64,000 nucleotides of DNA from Planctomycetota bacterium. Its GTDB lineage: Bacteria > Planctomycetota > UBA8108 > SXIK01. Positions within the stretch are counted from its first letter, which is position 1. Every line of letters starts with the position of its first letter. The DNA lies in the NCBI GenBank assembly GCA_965223265.1, contig OZ244999.1:3968001-4032000 (forward strand), given 5' to 3'. This document shows positions 36,894 through 46,770 of the stretch, piece by piece. The notes below the pieces were generated by a model that worked only from the letters and a program-made list of their open reading frames with translations, did not search any database and was not told where the DNA came from. The position numbers were made by a program, and so were the translations under genes.

Positions 36894-38351
36894 ATGAACG
36901 ACGACAGAGCAGACCGCAGCGAGCCAACCAGTCGACGAGGCTTTCTCAAGTCCATGAGCGCCGCGGCGCTGGCGGCTCTGGCAACCGACGGCGGCCGGGC
37001 TCCTCAAGCCTTTGAGTCGCGAGCCACGAAGTCGACACGCCCCGAGCCCGCCGCTGACACCATCATCCTGCTGTGGATGGCAGGAGGAATGTGTCACACC
37101 GAGACCTTCGACCCAAAGCGCTACACGCCGTTCAGACGCGGAATGAGAGCGGCGGACGTCTGTAGCACGTTTCCCGCAATCGACACTGTCGTCGACGACA
37201 TCAAGTTGAGCGAGGGCTTGGAAGAGATCGCGAGCGTGGCCGACCGGATCACACTGGTGCGCTCCCACGTGCTCGGAGACCTCGGCACGATCCTTCACAG
37301 TCGCCACCAGTATCATTGGCATACCGGATACGAACCTCCTCTGACAGTCGCCGCGCCGCACATCGGAGCCTGGGTCGCACGCCTTCTTGGTCCACGCGAT
37401 GCTGCAGTCCCGCCTTTCATCGAAATCGGTCAGCCCCTCGCTGGAAACGGCGAAGCAGAAGAGCTCAAGGCGTTTCTGACGGCGGGGTTCCTCGGCGGCG
37501 AGTTCGGTCCGTTTCGTGTACCGCGGCCACTGGACGCAGTCCAGGCCGTCCGCCCTCCGCCCGGCATGGACGTCAAGCGCTTTCGGGCACGCCAGCAAGC
37601 ATACAAGCGTGCACTTGAGGCAAGCCCAGCGTTCGCAGCAGCGAGCGACTACCAGCGAGAATCCCTACTGCGCGCTACCGATAACGCCTATCGACTCCTG
37701 AGCTCACCCGCTGCGAAGGCATTCGATCTAACGCTGGAACCTGAAGCCTCGTTGAGCCGATACAACACCGGCCACTTCGGACTCGGATGTCTTCTCGCGC
37801 GTCGACTCACTGAAGTGGGGGCACGGTTCATCGAAGTCTCCAGCGAGTACGTACCGTTTCTCGGGTGGGATCAACACGACAACGGCCACACCCGCCTGCG
37901 GCAGATGAAACGTGTCATCGACGCGCCGATCGCGCAGTTGATCCGCGACCTCGAGAGCCGCGGCCTTCTCGATCGCACGCTCATCGTGCTCGCCAGCGAA
38001 TTCAGCCGCAGCGTCCTCGTCGAGGGCAAGGCCGAACGACCGGTCGATAACGCCGTGACGCAGGCCCCCGTGATCGAAGAGCTGGCACAGTTCGGCATGC
38101 ACCGCCATTTCACCGGTGCCAGCAGCGTTCTCCTCGCCGGTGGCGGAGTCAAGCGCGGGTTTCTGTACGGGCGAACGAGCGACGAGCAGCCGGCGACAAC
38201 GCTGGAGAACCCGATCTCGGTGTCAGACCTCCACGCGACGATCTTCAAGGCCGTCGGCATCAGCGCTAACACGAGCCTCGAGATCGAGCAGCGCCCCTTT
38301 TACGTCACAAAGGATGGCAAGGGCGAACCACGCGACGCGCTGTTCGCATGA
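36894..38351 (+). CDS. DUF1501 domain protein, Tat-exported
   Basis: SRRGFLK Tat motif; LWMAGG..H.ETFDPK; FGLGCLLARRL.E.G.RFIEV; WD.H; LIRDLE.RGLLD.TL...SEF.R; DLHATI. Confidence 0.93.
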   Translation: MNDDRADRSEPTSRRGFLKSMSAAALAALATDGGRAPQAFESRATKSTRPEPAADTIILLWMAGGMCHTETFDPKRYTPFRRGMRAADVCSTFPAIDTVVDDIKLSEGLEEIASVADRITLVRSHVLGDLGTILHSRHQYHWHTGYEPPLTVAAPHIGAWVARLLGPRDAAVPPFIEIGQPLAGNGEAEELKAFLTAGFLGGEFGPFRVPRPLDAVQAVRPPPGMDVKRFRARQQAYKRALEASPAFAAASDYQRESLLRATDNAYRLLSSPAAKAFDLTLEPEASLSRYNTGHFGLGCLLARRLTEVGARFIEVSSEYVPFLGWDQHDNGHTRLRQMKRVIDAPIAQLIRDLESRGLLDRTLIVLASEFSRSVLVEGKAERPVDNAVTQAPVIEELAQFGMHRHFTGASSVLLAGGGVKRGFLYGRTSDEQPATTLENPISVSDLHATIFKAVGISANTSLEIEQRPFYVTKDGKGEPRDALFA

Positions 38352-38376
38352 CACTCTCTCTTGCGCGCGACGGCCG

Positions 38377-39003
38377 TCACTTCCGAGTGCGGCGTGCGAG
38401 CAGCTGCTCCAGCTTGGTGTGTCGTTGCGGCTGCCACGCAAGTCCAAGCTTGGCGAACGTTGCCTGCAGCTGAGCCGCGACGCTCGCAGCCTCCAGGCTC
38501 GACGAGACCTCCACTTCGAGCTCGAAAATCTCGCCGTTCTCAGCGAATGAAACGCGATCGAACTCTAGTCGTAGCCCGCCCATGAGCTTCTCCGTGCGCG
38601 CGGTCGTCATGCTACCGATCTCTTCGACGCTCAGTCGCTCGTAGCGCTCTTTGAGCAGCTGGACAGCGGGCACCTGAAGTGAATAGAGCAGCGACGGTGT
38701 CGCGCGGAGGGACTCCGCTCTCTGGGCGTCCAACTCGCTCTCGAGCTCGATCGAGTCGAAGAAACCTGCCGCGGCCTCACGCCCGACCTTGACGCACAGA
38801 ACCGCGGCCGCCCGCCCCACCTCGCTGCGTAACCGAACCACCGCGCGATCTCGCGCCAGCCGTAGATCTGACGTATCGAAGTAGGTGCTGGTGAATTCTC
38901 GCCGGCGGCAAAACTCTCCAAGCTCCGGCGCCGACAATGCACGCGCGAAAGCTCGCTGATCGGGAAAGAACACCTTGAGCTCTCGTTCTCGAGGCAGGCT
39001 CAA
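38377..39003 (-). CDS. CYTH (triphosphate tunnel metalloenzyme) domain protein
   Basis: ERELK (ExExK), YFDT.D.RL, RLR, ELE, FELEVE, TKLEQ. Confidence 0.88.
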   Translation of the reverse strand: MSLPRERELKVFFPDQRAFARALSAPELGEFCRRREFTSTYFDTSDLRLARDRAVVRLRSEVGRAAAVLCVKVGREAAAGFFDSIELESELDAQRAESLRATPSLLYSLQVPAVQLLKERYERLSVEEIGSMTTARTEKLMGGLRLEFDRVSFAENGEIFELEVEVSSSLEAASVAAQLQATFAKLGLAWQPQRHTKLEQLLARRTRK

Positions 39004-39404
39004 CGTGCCGCCTCCTGCCGCTCGGCAAAACGCTGGATCAACTCGCGGTTCGCCTCAGGTGTGGACATTTCAAGAAGATCGCTCCAGCGCACCCAGAGAA
39101 TCTCCTGCCCCTCTACCCCGCGAGGCTCGCCACGCGCAGCCGTGACGCGAAAGAAGTGCAGGCGCACAGATCGCGCTTCGTACGCGAACTCAACCACCCC
39201 AATCTCGGCGCACTCGCCCGCTTCCACCGCCACCTCCTCCCACAGTTCCCGGCGCAGAGCGTGCTCGGCGGGCTCTCCCGGGCGCAGCTTGCCACCGGGA
39301 AACTCCCACACGCCTTCGAGGTGTCCTTTTGGAGGACGCCGAGCGACCAGGACCTTTCCGTCTCGCTCAAGTATCGCAACTGCGACCTCAACTGGTTGCT
39401 GCAT
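39000..39404 (-). CDS. MutT/NudG-like NUDIX hydrolase
   Basis: WEFPGGKL.PGE..EHALRRELWEEV Nudix box; AGGAG SD. Confidence 0.92.
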   Translation of the reverse strand: MQQPVEVAVAILERDGKVLVARRPPKGHLEGVWEFPGGKLRPGEPAEHALRRELWEEVAVEAGECAEIGVVEFAYEARSVRLHFFRVTAARGEPRGVEGQEILWVRWSDLLEMSTPEANRELIQRFAERQEAAR

Positions 39405-39539
39405 TCTCCTGTCACTCTTTGGAGGGGACCGAGTGCGGTTTCTTGAATCGCCCGACAACGACGAACCAATGAATTCAGCAGGCGATAGCGAAGAGCCCTG
39501 CCATATAGGCTCCGTCAGCTGCCGGCGCCGCCGGACTGT

Positions 39540-40115
39540 TCAGCTTCGCCGAATCAAGCCCATGACCTCGTTGCGCGTCGCGATGTTGCGTCGGAAGAGT
39601 CCACGCATGGCTGAGGTGATCACGCAACTTCCCGGCTTCTTGACGCCGCGAATGGTCATGCACGAGTGCGACGCCTCGAGGATGACCGCGACTCCCCGCG
39701 GCTCGGCAACCGACTCGATCAAGTCGGCAACTTGATTCGTCAAACGTTCCTGAACTTGCGGGCGCTTGGCAAACGCGTCAACGGCTCGCGCGAGCTTGGA
39801 GATGCCAAGAACCTTGCCAGTGGGCATATAGGCGGTGTGCGCTACGCCGGAGAACGGCAAGAGATGGTGCTCGCACATTGACGAAAACGGAATGTCTTTG
39901 ACGAGGACGACCTCGTCGTAGTCTTCCGTGAAAATCGTCTTGATCTCACTGCTAGGATCGCGGTGCAGGCCGGCGAACACCTCCTCGTACATGCGCGCGA
40001 TCCGCGCGGGAGTTTCGGCAAGCCCCTCGCGGTCTGGGTCTTCGCCGATGGCCTCGAGGATCATCCGAGCGGCGTGTTCGAGTTTGTCGCGATCAAATCG
40101 CGATGCGTCACTCAT
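39540..40115 (-). CDS. folE: GTP cyclohydrolase I
   Basis: [48 protein letters not shown]. Confidence 0.97.
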   Translation of the reverse strand: MSDASRFDRDKLEHAARMILEAIGEDPDREGLAETPARIARMYEEVFAGLHRDPSSEIKTIFTEDYDEVVLVKDIPFSSMCEHHLLPFSGVAHTAYMPTGKVLGISKLARAVDAFAKRPQVQERLTNQVADLIESVAEPRGVAVILEASHSCMTIRGVKKPGSCVITSAMRGLFRRNIATRNEVMGLIRRS

Positions 40116-40915
40116 GATGCGTCCAGCTCGAGGCGACCTGACTGTTTGAAGAAAGTGACTGGGTTACTCCACACAACCTTGCTAATTTCGTCGTCGCTGA
40201 AGCCGCGGCGGCGCATCTCCAGAACGGTCTTCGGGACCATGAGCGGATCACTGGGCCCCCAGTCACATGAGCTATTGATGAGCATCTTTTCGAGACCGTG
40301 CTTCTCGAGAATATTCACCGCACGTTCAGGCGACAGTTTGGTGACCGGGTAGACCGTGTGTCCCGACCAGCAGCCAGACTCGCGCGAATACTTGATGGTC
40401 TCCTCCGTGTTGTGATCGATGATCACCTTCTCCGGTGGAAAACCTACCGCATTCATGATCTCAAGCGTACGGAGGGTGCCTTTCAGTTTTTCCACGTGCG
40501 GCGTGTGCACGATCACGGGCAGATCAGCTTCGCGTGCGATCTCAAACTGCCGACGAATCGACTCCGCTTCTTCATCGGTGATCTGATCGAAGCCGATTTC
40601 GCCAACGGCGACGACGCTGCTTCGATCGAGCCAACTGGGCATCTCTTTGAGCACTTCGTCACGCAGCGCGACGTTGTTCGACTCGCTGGGATTCACGGCG
40701 ATCGCGCAGTAGTGATCGATGAGATAGTTCGCCGCACGATCACGCTCGAAATTCGAAATGTGGTCGAAGTAGTCGTAAAAGGTACCCGCCCGCTTGCGGG
40801 GTTCCCCTAACCAAAACGCGGGCTCGACGACCGCGCGAACGCCGCACAGGGCCATCTTCTCATAGTCGTCGGTAACCCGCGAGATCATGTGGCAGTGCGG
40901 GTCAAAAATCTTCAT
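40112..40915 (-). CDS. TatD-related amidohydrolase (EboB-like subfamily)
   Basis: DPHCHM.SR.TDDY..M...G...[42 protein letters not shown]. Confidence 0.85.
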   Translation of the reverse strand: MKIFDPHCHMISRVTDDYEKMALCGVRAVVEPAFWLGEPRKRAGTFYDYFDHISNFERDRAANYLIDHYCAIAVNPSESNNVALRDEVLKEMPSWLDRSSVVAVGEIGFDQITDEEAESIRRQFEIAREADLPVIVHTPHVEKLKGTLRTLEIMNAVGFPPEKVIIDHNTEETIKYSRESGCWSGHTVYPVTKLSPERAVNILEKHGLEKMLINSSCDWGPSDPLMVPKTVLEMRRRGFSDDEISKVVWSNPVTFFKQSGRLELDAS

Positions 40916-41247
40916 GCATGCCTCTCAAATCAAAACGGCCGCCGCGAGGCCTGTTTGGGCGCTAGATGCGTCGCATGAGGCGCAGGTTCCAGCCCGCGCG
41001 TCAACTCTCAACAGAACTCGCAACAGAAAAACTTGTAACGGTGACTCGCAAGGGAGACTCGCGCGGTGGTTCTCGAAAAGAGGAGGTCCAACGGCGACTC
41101 CGACGATCACTTTCGGCGGCGCGGATGGATGAACGCGGTGTAGAAGAACACTGTAAGAATCACCGCACCGCACGCTCGCTTTCTCCAAGTGTGCCGCGGT
41201 TTTCACCTCGCCGCAACGCACAATCTGTCGTCCTCCCGACCATCCAC

Positions 41248-41796
41248 CTACGAGAACTTCTCCAGCCAAGAGCGCCGAGGTTTCTTGTACTTCTCCTCGA
41301 GGCCAAGATAGAACCCTCGGTGCGCATTGTTCTGTGGGAAGCCCCGGTAGATCGACTGACACAGGTAGCAGACGGTCACGTTCCGCAGGCACCGATAAAT
41401 CACCCAATCAACGGCGGCCACAGCGAGCAGGAGCACCACGCCCAAACGGTGATCCTGCGTCAGCAACATGACGAGAAAAATGAAACCCGCCGACAGCAGC
41501 ACGATGAAGAGGCCCAGCTGGCGGTTGAAATCCTTTTGAATATAGAACTCGTCAGCGCCGCAGACCCAGCATTGGCTGACAACAGCGTCATGACGAGGCC
41601 GGTGGGTAACGCCGTCGCTCTGAGCTCCGCAGTGAAGGCATCGCCAAGTGTCAGCTTCGTCGCCGGGGTCTCCCGTCGCCTTCGATGCAAACCGGATCCG
41701 GTCGTCGCCGCCGACCACGGCAAACGACTCTCGTTCACATCGCGGGCAGCTGACCTGAATCGAGGCACAAGTGGGCGTGGTCGCGGTTTTGCTCAT
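41248..41796 (-). CDS. Membrane protein with multiple CxxC zinc-ribbon motifs
   Basis: CPRC, CLHC, CWVC, two TM helices, CYLC. Confidence 0.75.
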   Translation of the reverse strand: MSKTATTPTCASIQVSCPRCERESFAVVGGDDRIRFASKATGDPGDEADTWRCLHCGAQSDGVTHRPRHDAVVSQCWVCGADEFYIQKDFNRQLGLFIVLLSAGFIFLVMLLTQDHRLGVVLLLAVAAVDWVIYRCLRNVTVCYLCQSIYRGFPQNNAHRGFYLGLEEKYKKPRRSWLEKFS

Positions 41797-42016
41797 GGTC
41801 GAGATTCCGGGGTCGTCAGACGTCTCTCTAACTCATACGGCGGGCGTGGCGGATGGCAGCATCGACTCTCCGTATGTATGTACGTATCGGCGCGCGGGAA
41901 TCTCTGCCTCTGTCGCCGTCTCCGTGCCTTGGCTCAGAATTCCGCTGGAATTCTCCTGCCCGTCTTTGTGTGAGGCTACCTTTTGCGGTTGTTTTTGATC
42001 TCTGCGGGCTGAGCCA

Positions 42017-42208
42017 GCGTTTGCGTGAGCGTTTGCGTGAGCGTGAGCGTTTGCGTGAGCGTGAGCGTGAGCGTTTGCGTTTGCGTTTGCGTTTGCGTTT
42101 GCGTTTGCGTTTGCGTTTGCGTTTGCGTTTGCGTTTGCGTTTGCGTGAGCGTTTGCGTGAGCGTTTGCGTGAGCGTTTGCGTGAGCGTTTGCGTGAGCGT
42201 TTGCGTGA
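42017..42208. repeat. Hexamer tandem array GCGTTT/GCGTGA (32 units)
   Basis: Direct reading; includes a run of 12 consecutive GCGTTT. Confidence 0.97.
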
Positions 42209-42214
42209 GCGCTA

Positions 42215-42406
42215 TCTGAGTCTGCCTCTGCCTCCGTCTCTGTCTCCGACTCTGCCTCCGACTCTGCCTCCGACTCTGTCTCCGACTCTGCCTCCGACTC
42301 TGTCTCCGACTCTGCCTCCGTCTCTGTCTCCGACTCTGCCTCCGTCTCTGTCTCCGACTCTGCCTCTGCCTCTGCCTCCGTCTCTGTCTCTGCCTCCGTC
42401 TCTTCC
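42215..42406. repeat. Hexamer tandem array TCYGNC (~31 units)
   Basis: TCTGCC/TCCGAC/TCTGTC/TCCGTC units immediately adjacent to the first array. Confidence 0.95.
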
Positions 42407-42452
42407 GTCCCCGCCCGATCATCCGGCCCGAAATCATCGTCCCTCGGCGCGC

Positions 42453-43316
42453 CTAAAGCAAGAGCCGCTGCGACACGAGCAGATGCTTAGCGATGATTTC
42501 GCCGATCAACACAAACGCCACAACGACGTACAGAATCCCTGTTGCCGACTGATTCGACTCGATCTTGACGCATCGCCAGACCAAGATCATGAGCGCGAGC
42601 GGCAGCAGCAAGCCAAAGAGAAAACGCGCGCCGATGAACAGACCGGAGCGTAGGAAAAAATCGGTCCAGCCCCCTTGGTTCAGCATCTCCGACCAGAGCG
42701 AAGCCTGCGCCGAAACGCTCGCCCCGACGAGTACAAGCCTCGCCGCGAGAACGAAAAGCAGCACTGCGGTCACGCGCCGCAGGGGCGCGAACGACAGCTT
42801 GCGGGCGACGAGATACCAATGCCCGAGAACCATCGCCAGCACGACGCCACCAAGAAGCAATGACGAACTCAGAAAACTCAGCCCGACGAGTAGCTCGACG
42901 CTCTGCAGAGCCCCAAGCGTCGTCGCGTAGGCGCGGGCATCGAGACACAATCCGAGAAGACCCACGGCAGTGGCGGCGAGGAGCGAACCGAAGGCCAAAC
43001 TGCGCTGCCACTTCGACGCGCCACCTTCGAGGCGCTCACGTCGCTCACTCCAGTCGACACCGCTCTGCCGTGGCAACGACAGGTTGTAGACGATCAACAG
43101 CCCGCCGAAGAGCAGGTAGCACCAGGGCAATCGAATGCCAGCAGCACCAACGGCGAGCGCGACGAAGACGATCGCAATCAGCGTGATCAGGAGAAAAAAC
43201 CGTCGACCGATCTGCCCGACGGGGACGAGCGGCAGAAGTGCCGGCAAACCGACAGCGAGCGCTGTGGCGAAAAGAAAAAACGTGCTGAAGGGGCTCGCCG
43301 AGGCATTGACCGGCAT
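42453..43316 (-). CDS. Polytopic membrane protein (distant DmsC/NrfD-like?)
   Basis: About 8 hydrophobic segments; AMVLGHWYLV and QSATGILYV motifs. Confidence 0.75.
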   Translation of the reverse strand: MPVNASASPFSTFFLFATALAVGLPALLPLVPVGQIGRRFFLLITLIAIVFVALAVGAAGIRLPWCYLLFGGLLIVYNLSLPRQSGVDWSERRERLEGGASKWQRSLAFGSLLAATAVGLLGLCLDARAYATTLGALQSVELLVGLSFLSSSLLLGGVVLAMVLGHWYLVARKLSFAPLRRVTAVLLFVLAARLVLVGASVSAQASLWSEMLNQGGWTDFFLRSGLFIGARFLFGLLLPLALMILVWRCVKIESNQSATGILYVVVAFVLIGEIIAKHLLVSQRLLL

Positions 43317-43371
43317 CGAGCGCGATCCTCACTCGCAAAGTCCCGTCTCCGCGACAAGCTTCCCGAGAAGC

Positions 43372-43827
43372 TCACTCGCGCTCGGGAGAATCCATGGCCG
43401 CGGCACGCGGGCCCGGAGGCTCGACCGGCAAGCTGTCGGAGTACGTCTCGCCGAGCTCATGCCACGAAACGATTTGTGGATGGCTCGCGTCCCAAACCAA
43501 GTAGATTCGCCGGCCATCGCGCTCGGAATTGAAGTAGATCAAGCCGCGCTCGCGATCACGAAGCACGCCGTCCAGCGCCAGGATCTCCTTCTCGAGCGAC
43601 TCGAGCTCACGACCTGCCTCGGCCACTTCGCGGCGCAGACGATTCGCGGTCTCCTCGATTTCAGGCGAGTTGAACTTCCGCTGAATGACGGCGAGCTCGT
43701 CGAGAAACTCACGGTTCTTCTTCAAACTCTGCTGACAGGAGAAGAAGTCGCGAACGATGCGCTGAAGGAGGGGAGCTCGCTTGAGCACTTCATCGGCGCA
43801 AAGCTTTTCCTTCAGTCGCGAGGTCAT
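43372..43827 (-). CDS. DUF2203 family protein
   Basis: Coiled coil then G..LRD...GLIYF....GR.IYLVW.......WH. Confidence 0.8.
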   Translation of the reverse strand: MTSRLKEKLCADEVLKRAPLLQRIVRDFFSCQQSLKKNREFLDELAVIQRKFNSPEIEETANRLRREVAEAGRELESLEKEILALDGVLRDRERGLIYFNSERDGRRIYLVWDASHPQIVSWHELGETYSDSLPVEPPGPRAAAMDSPERE

Positions 43828-44164
43828 CGAATCGTCTCTGGATGTCTTGCAGTGTTTGCAATCTTTCGCCTTCGTCGTTTCGAAGGAGTCCGTCAACAGA
43901 CCCGTCCGAAAAATCGACCTGCTCAACAGCATGGACCCGAACGCGCAGAACTCGTCCCGACGGTCACTCAGGAGGTCGATTGCTATTGGCGCTGTATTGT
44001 AAGCCCGTACAGCAAGCGATGCAATGGCTTTTCATCGCGCGCGATGTGCACACGCTAACGACGTCAGCTGCGAATTATAGGCTGTCGTCGCAACCGTGCT
44101 TCACTCTATCGGAACTCACCGAAGCTCGCGTCGGCGTGCACGAACAATGACCAGGAGCGACAAT

Positions 44165-44413
44165 TCACGGCGATTTCGATTCTGTAGACGTCGATGCCCG
44201 GCTCTCTAGTTCGTCGACGCGCCGTGCCAAAACGCGGATCTGTGCCACACTCCAAATCGTAAAGAACAGAAGCAGCAGACAAGCAAGTCCGTAGGCCCAG
44301 AAGATGTAACTTTGAAAGTCAACCTGCGATGACTGCTCCGCGGCGTCGAACACCTGCGGGTTCGCCTGCGCCCACCAAGAGACAACATGCGTGAACTTTT
44401 CGAACTCGAGCAT
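44165..44413 (-). CDS. CcmD-like small membrane protein
   Basis: YIFWAYG..LLL.F..W single TM followed by a charged tail, directly after ccmC. Confidence 0.7.
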   Translation of the reverse strand: MLEFEKFTHVVSWWAQANPQVFDAAEQSSQVDFQSYIFWAYGLACLLLLFFTIWSVAQIRVLARRVDELESRASTSTESKSP

Positions 44414-44523
44414 TGCGATCCACTTTCTTTCTGTCAGTCGGCCGACTCACTCGCCGCCCGCGTCGAGTCGCATCAAGAAGGCGCCGACAGGCCGACGCCG
44501 CCAACGTGGACACCGAGAACGCG

Positions 44524-45210
44524 CTACATTCCTGCATCGATCATGCGCACCTCGGTTCGCTCCGTCGTCATCCGGTACTTGGCGACCAGGTAACGTAGAC
44601 GCCAAAACGCACAATAAAGCACGAAAAACGCAAAAGCGCCGTACCAACGCGTCACGACCATCTCAGTGTTGCGCAGAGTGATTTCCATCGGGTGATGATC
44701 CGGACCGCCAAACCAGCGGATCGAAAAATAGACCAGCGGCACGTTGATCATCAGCAACACTCCGTAGACGGCACAGAAGTTGGCACGCTTCTCCGGTTCT
44801 TCGATCGTCGCTCGCAGCGCCAGGTAGCTCAGATAAAGGAGCCACATCACCGCGACGCTCATGAGCCGCGGGTCCGTCACCACCCAAAACGCTCCCCACG
44901 CGGCTTTGGCCCAAATGCTCCCGGTGACGAGGGTCACGGTGCAGGCGAGTACTCCGACCTCGATCGCAGCACTCCCTAGGTGATCCCAACGGGAATGTTT
45001 TCGCCAAAGATAAATCCCACTCATGACGCCGCCAAAGATGAAAAAGTTCAAGCAGTTGATCGCTGACGGAAAGTGAAAGTAAAAGATCAGATAGCTCGAT
45101 CCGATCTGACGATCTACCCCCGGGACGTAATGCCCGACGAGATAGAGAAGCGCAATCACCATCACCCACGCGATCGCAAAGTGCAGCCCAAGTCCACGTA
45201 GTGCGTTCAT
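44524..45210 (-). CDS. ccmC: Heme exporter CcmC
   Basis: FYFHFPSA, TGSIWAKAAWGAFW..DPRL (WWD domain), SIRW...HHP. Confidence 0.93.
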   Translation of the reverse strand: MNALRGLGLHFAIAWVMVIALLYLVGHYVPGVDRQIGSSYLIFYFHFPSAINCLNFFIFGGVMSGIYLWRKHSRWDHLGSAAIEVGVLACTVTLVTGSIWAKAAWGAFWVVTDPRLMSVAVMWLLYLSYLALRATIEEPEKRANFCAVYGVLLMINVPLVYFSIRWFGGPDHHPMEITLRNTEMVVTRWYGAFAFFVLYCAFWRLRYLVAKYRMTTERTEVRMIDAGM

Positions 45211-45250
45211 GACGGTTCTCCGTTCTGACTGCAGAGTCTGAGCTTCGGCA

Positions 45251-46033
45251 TCATTCCTCGAGCACCTTCGGAAAGAGAACGTAGCCGGCGCACAGATAGA
45301 TAGCGCTGAACGCCAGAGTCACCAGCAAGAATTGAAACGGCGAAAAATCGCCGAGGATGGGCGGCCCGTCGGCGGCGAATCCGAAGAGCTGCGCGCTCAC
45401 CTCGAGCGTCAGACTAATGAGTGGAATCATGAGCACAAGAAGGAGGATTCTGAGCACGACCTCGCCGGCGCCGCGAAGCGACGTCGTCATAGCCGCCAAA
45501 ACAACGCCGGGAGCCGTGTAGGCTAGTGTGAAGCCGGCAACTGCAGGAAGCAAAACGGGCCACGCTTTCAGAAGTCTCAGGTCATTGAACAAGAAGACAT
45601 ACGCCGCGAGGAGCACCACGGTCATGGCAGAGACGTAGGTCCACGTCGCCACGACTTTGACGAGATAAAACGTACCAGGGTCAACGGGCGAGGTGACGAT
45701 AGCGCCCAGATTTTGCCCTTCGCGCTCGGCAGCGAAGCTCTGATTCAGGCCGACGGTGCCGGCAAAGAGAACCGCGATCCAGAAAAAAATCGGTCCCAAA
45801 TTATGTTTCGCCAGCTCCATCGCGATCGCTTGCTGGCGAAAGAGTTCATCGCCGGTGAGCGTCACCGGTGTGATCGCGACGACGAAATGGCGCGCAAAAA
45901 TCTCCACTCCGAGCTCACCGGTGAAGAGGATCAAGACGGCGAAGAGTGTCATGTTGAAGAGGCTCTCGCGGCGCCGCAACTCGCGCAAGAGGTCCCAGCG
46001 CAGAAGCGAAAAAAACTGGGAGACTGCGTTCAT
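45251..46033 (-). CDS. ccmB: Heme exporter CcmB
   Basis: DL.RELR, FWIA.LFAG..GL..SF..ERE, multiple TMs, between ccmA and ccmC. Confidence 0.9.
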   Translation of the reverse strand: MNAVSQFFSLLRWDLLRELRRRESLFNMTLFAVLILFTGELGVEIFARHFVVAITPVTLTGDELFRQQAIAMELAKHNLGPIFFWIAVLFAGTVGLNQSFAAEREGQNLGAIVTSPVDPGTFYLVKVVATWTYVSAMTVVLLAAYVFLFNDLRLLKAWPVLLPAVAGFTLAYTAPGVVLAAMTTSLRGAGEVVLRILLLVLMIPLISLTLEVSAQLFGFAADGPPILGDFSPFQFLLVTLAFSAIYLCAGYVLFPKVLEE

Positions 46034-46770
46034 GACCCCGTCCCGTCCTTCGCTAACCGTGCGAGCTCGCGGGCGGCGGCCGGATCGCCCTGCAGATCGA
46101 GCTCGCGCGCGACTTGCCCGGCGACCAGTAGAAGGCCGCGACTTGCGAGCCGCGCTCCGATCTCCGCGTTGTGCGTCACCAGGAGCACCGTCCGGCCGGC
46201 CGCCACGTAATCTTCAATCATGCCCTCGAGCAGCTCGCGCCCCTGTGCGTCGAGACCGGAAAAAGGCTCATCGAGAATCCACAGCGAGGGTTCATGCACC
46301 AGGCTGCGGACAAGGCCGGCGCGCTTGGTCATGCCCTGCGAGTAGGTGCGCACCTGATCCCCACGTCGCCGCTCCAGGCCGAAGCGTTCGAGGAGCTCCA
46401 TCGCTCGCGAGCGTACGCTCTTCCACTGCTGGCGATAGAGCGCGCACGCGTAGCGCAGATTCTCTTCCAGCGTGAGCTCGCGGCGAAGAAAGCTTTCGTG
46501 AAACACAGCACCGAGCATGGCGCGCACACGTGCTGCATGCTTTCTGACGTCGTACCCTGCAACCTCCACGACGCCACTGCACGTCCATTGCGTCGAGACG
46601 ATGCGTAGAAGGGTGGACTTGCCAACACCGTTACCACCAAAGAGCCCAAAGCACGAAGCCGCCGGCACGTCAAACGTCACGCCGCGCAAGACCTCTCGGT
46701 GTCCGAAGCGCTTACGGACGCCGCGCAGGCGCACAGCCGGCGCCCCGACGTCGGCGGCGTCGCCGCTCAT
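46030..46770 (-). CDS. ccmA: Heme exporter ATP-binding protein CcmA
   Basis: GGNGVGKST, YSQGM.KR, ILDEPFSGLD, VTH. Confidence 0.9.
   Translation of the reverse strand: MSGDAADVGAPAVRLRGVRKRFGHREVLRGVTFDVPAASCFGLFGGNGVGKSTLLRIVSTQWTCSGVVEVAGYDVRKHAARVRAMLGAVFHESFLRRELTLEENLRYACALYRQQWKSVRSRAMELLERFGLERRRGDQVRTYSQGMTKRAGLVRSLVHEPSLWILDEPFSGLDAQGRELLEGMIEDYVAAGRTVLLVTHNAEIGARLASRGLLLVAGQVARELDLQGDPAAARELARLAKDGTGS

Noticed and set aside
41853-42653. 266-aa ORF with RLRL/RERL and LPPTLSP repeats (SR-protein or extensin look-alike)
   Set aside because: It is a translation of the hexamer arrays and overlaps the antisense of a real membrane-protein gene; no clear RBS
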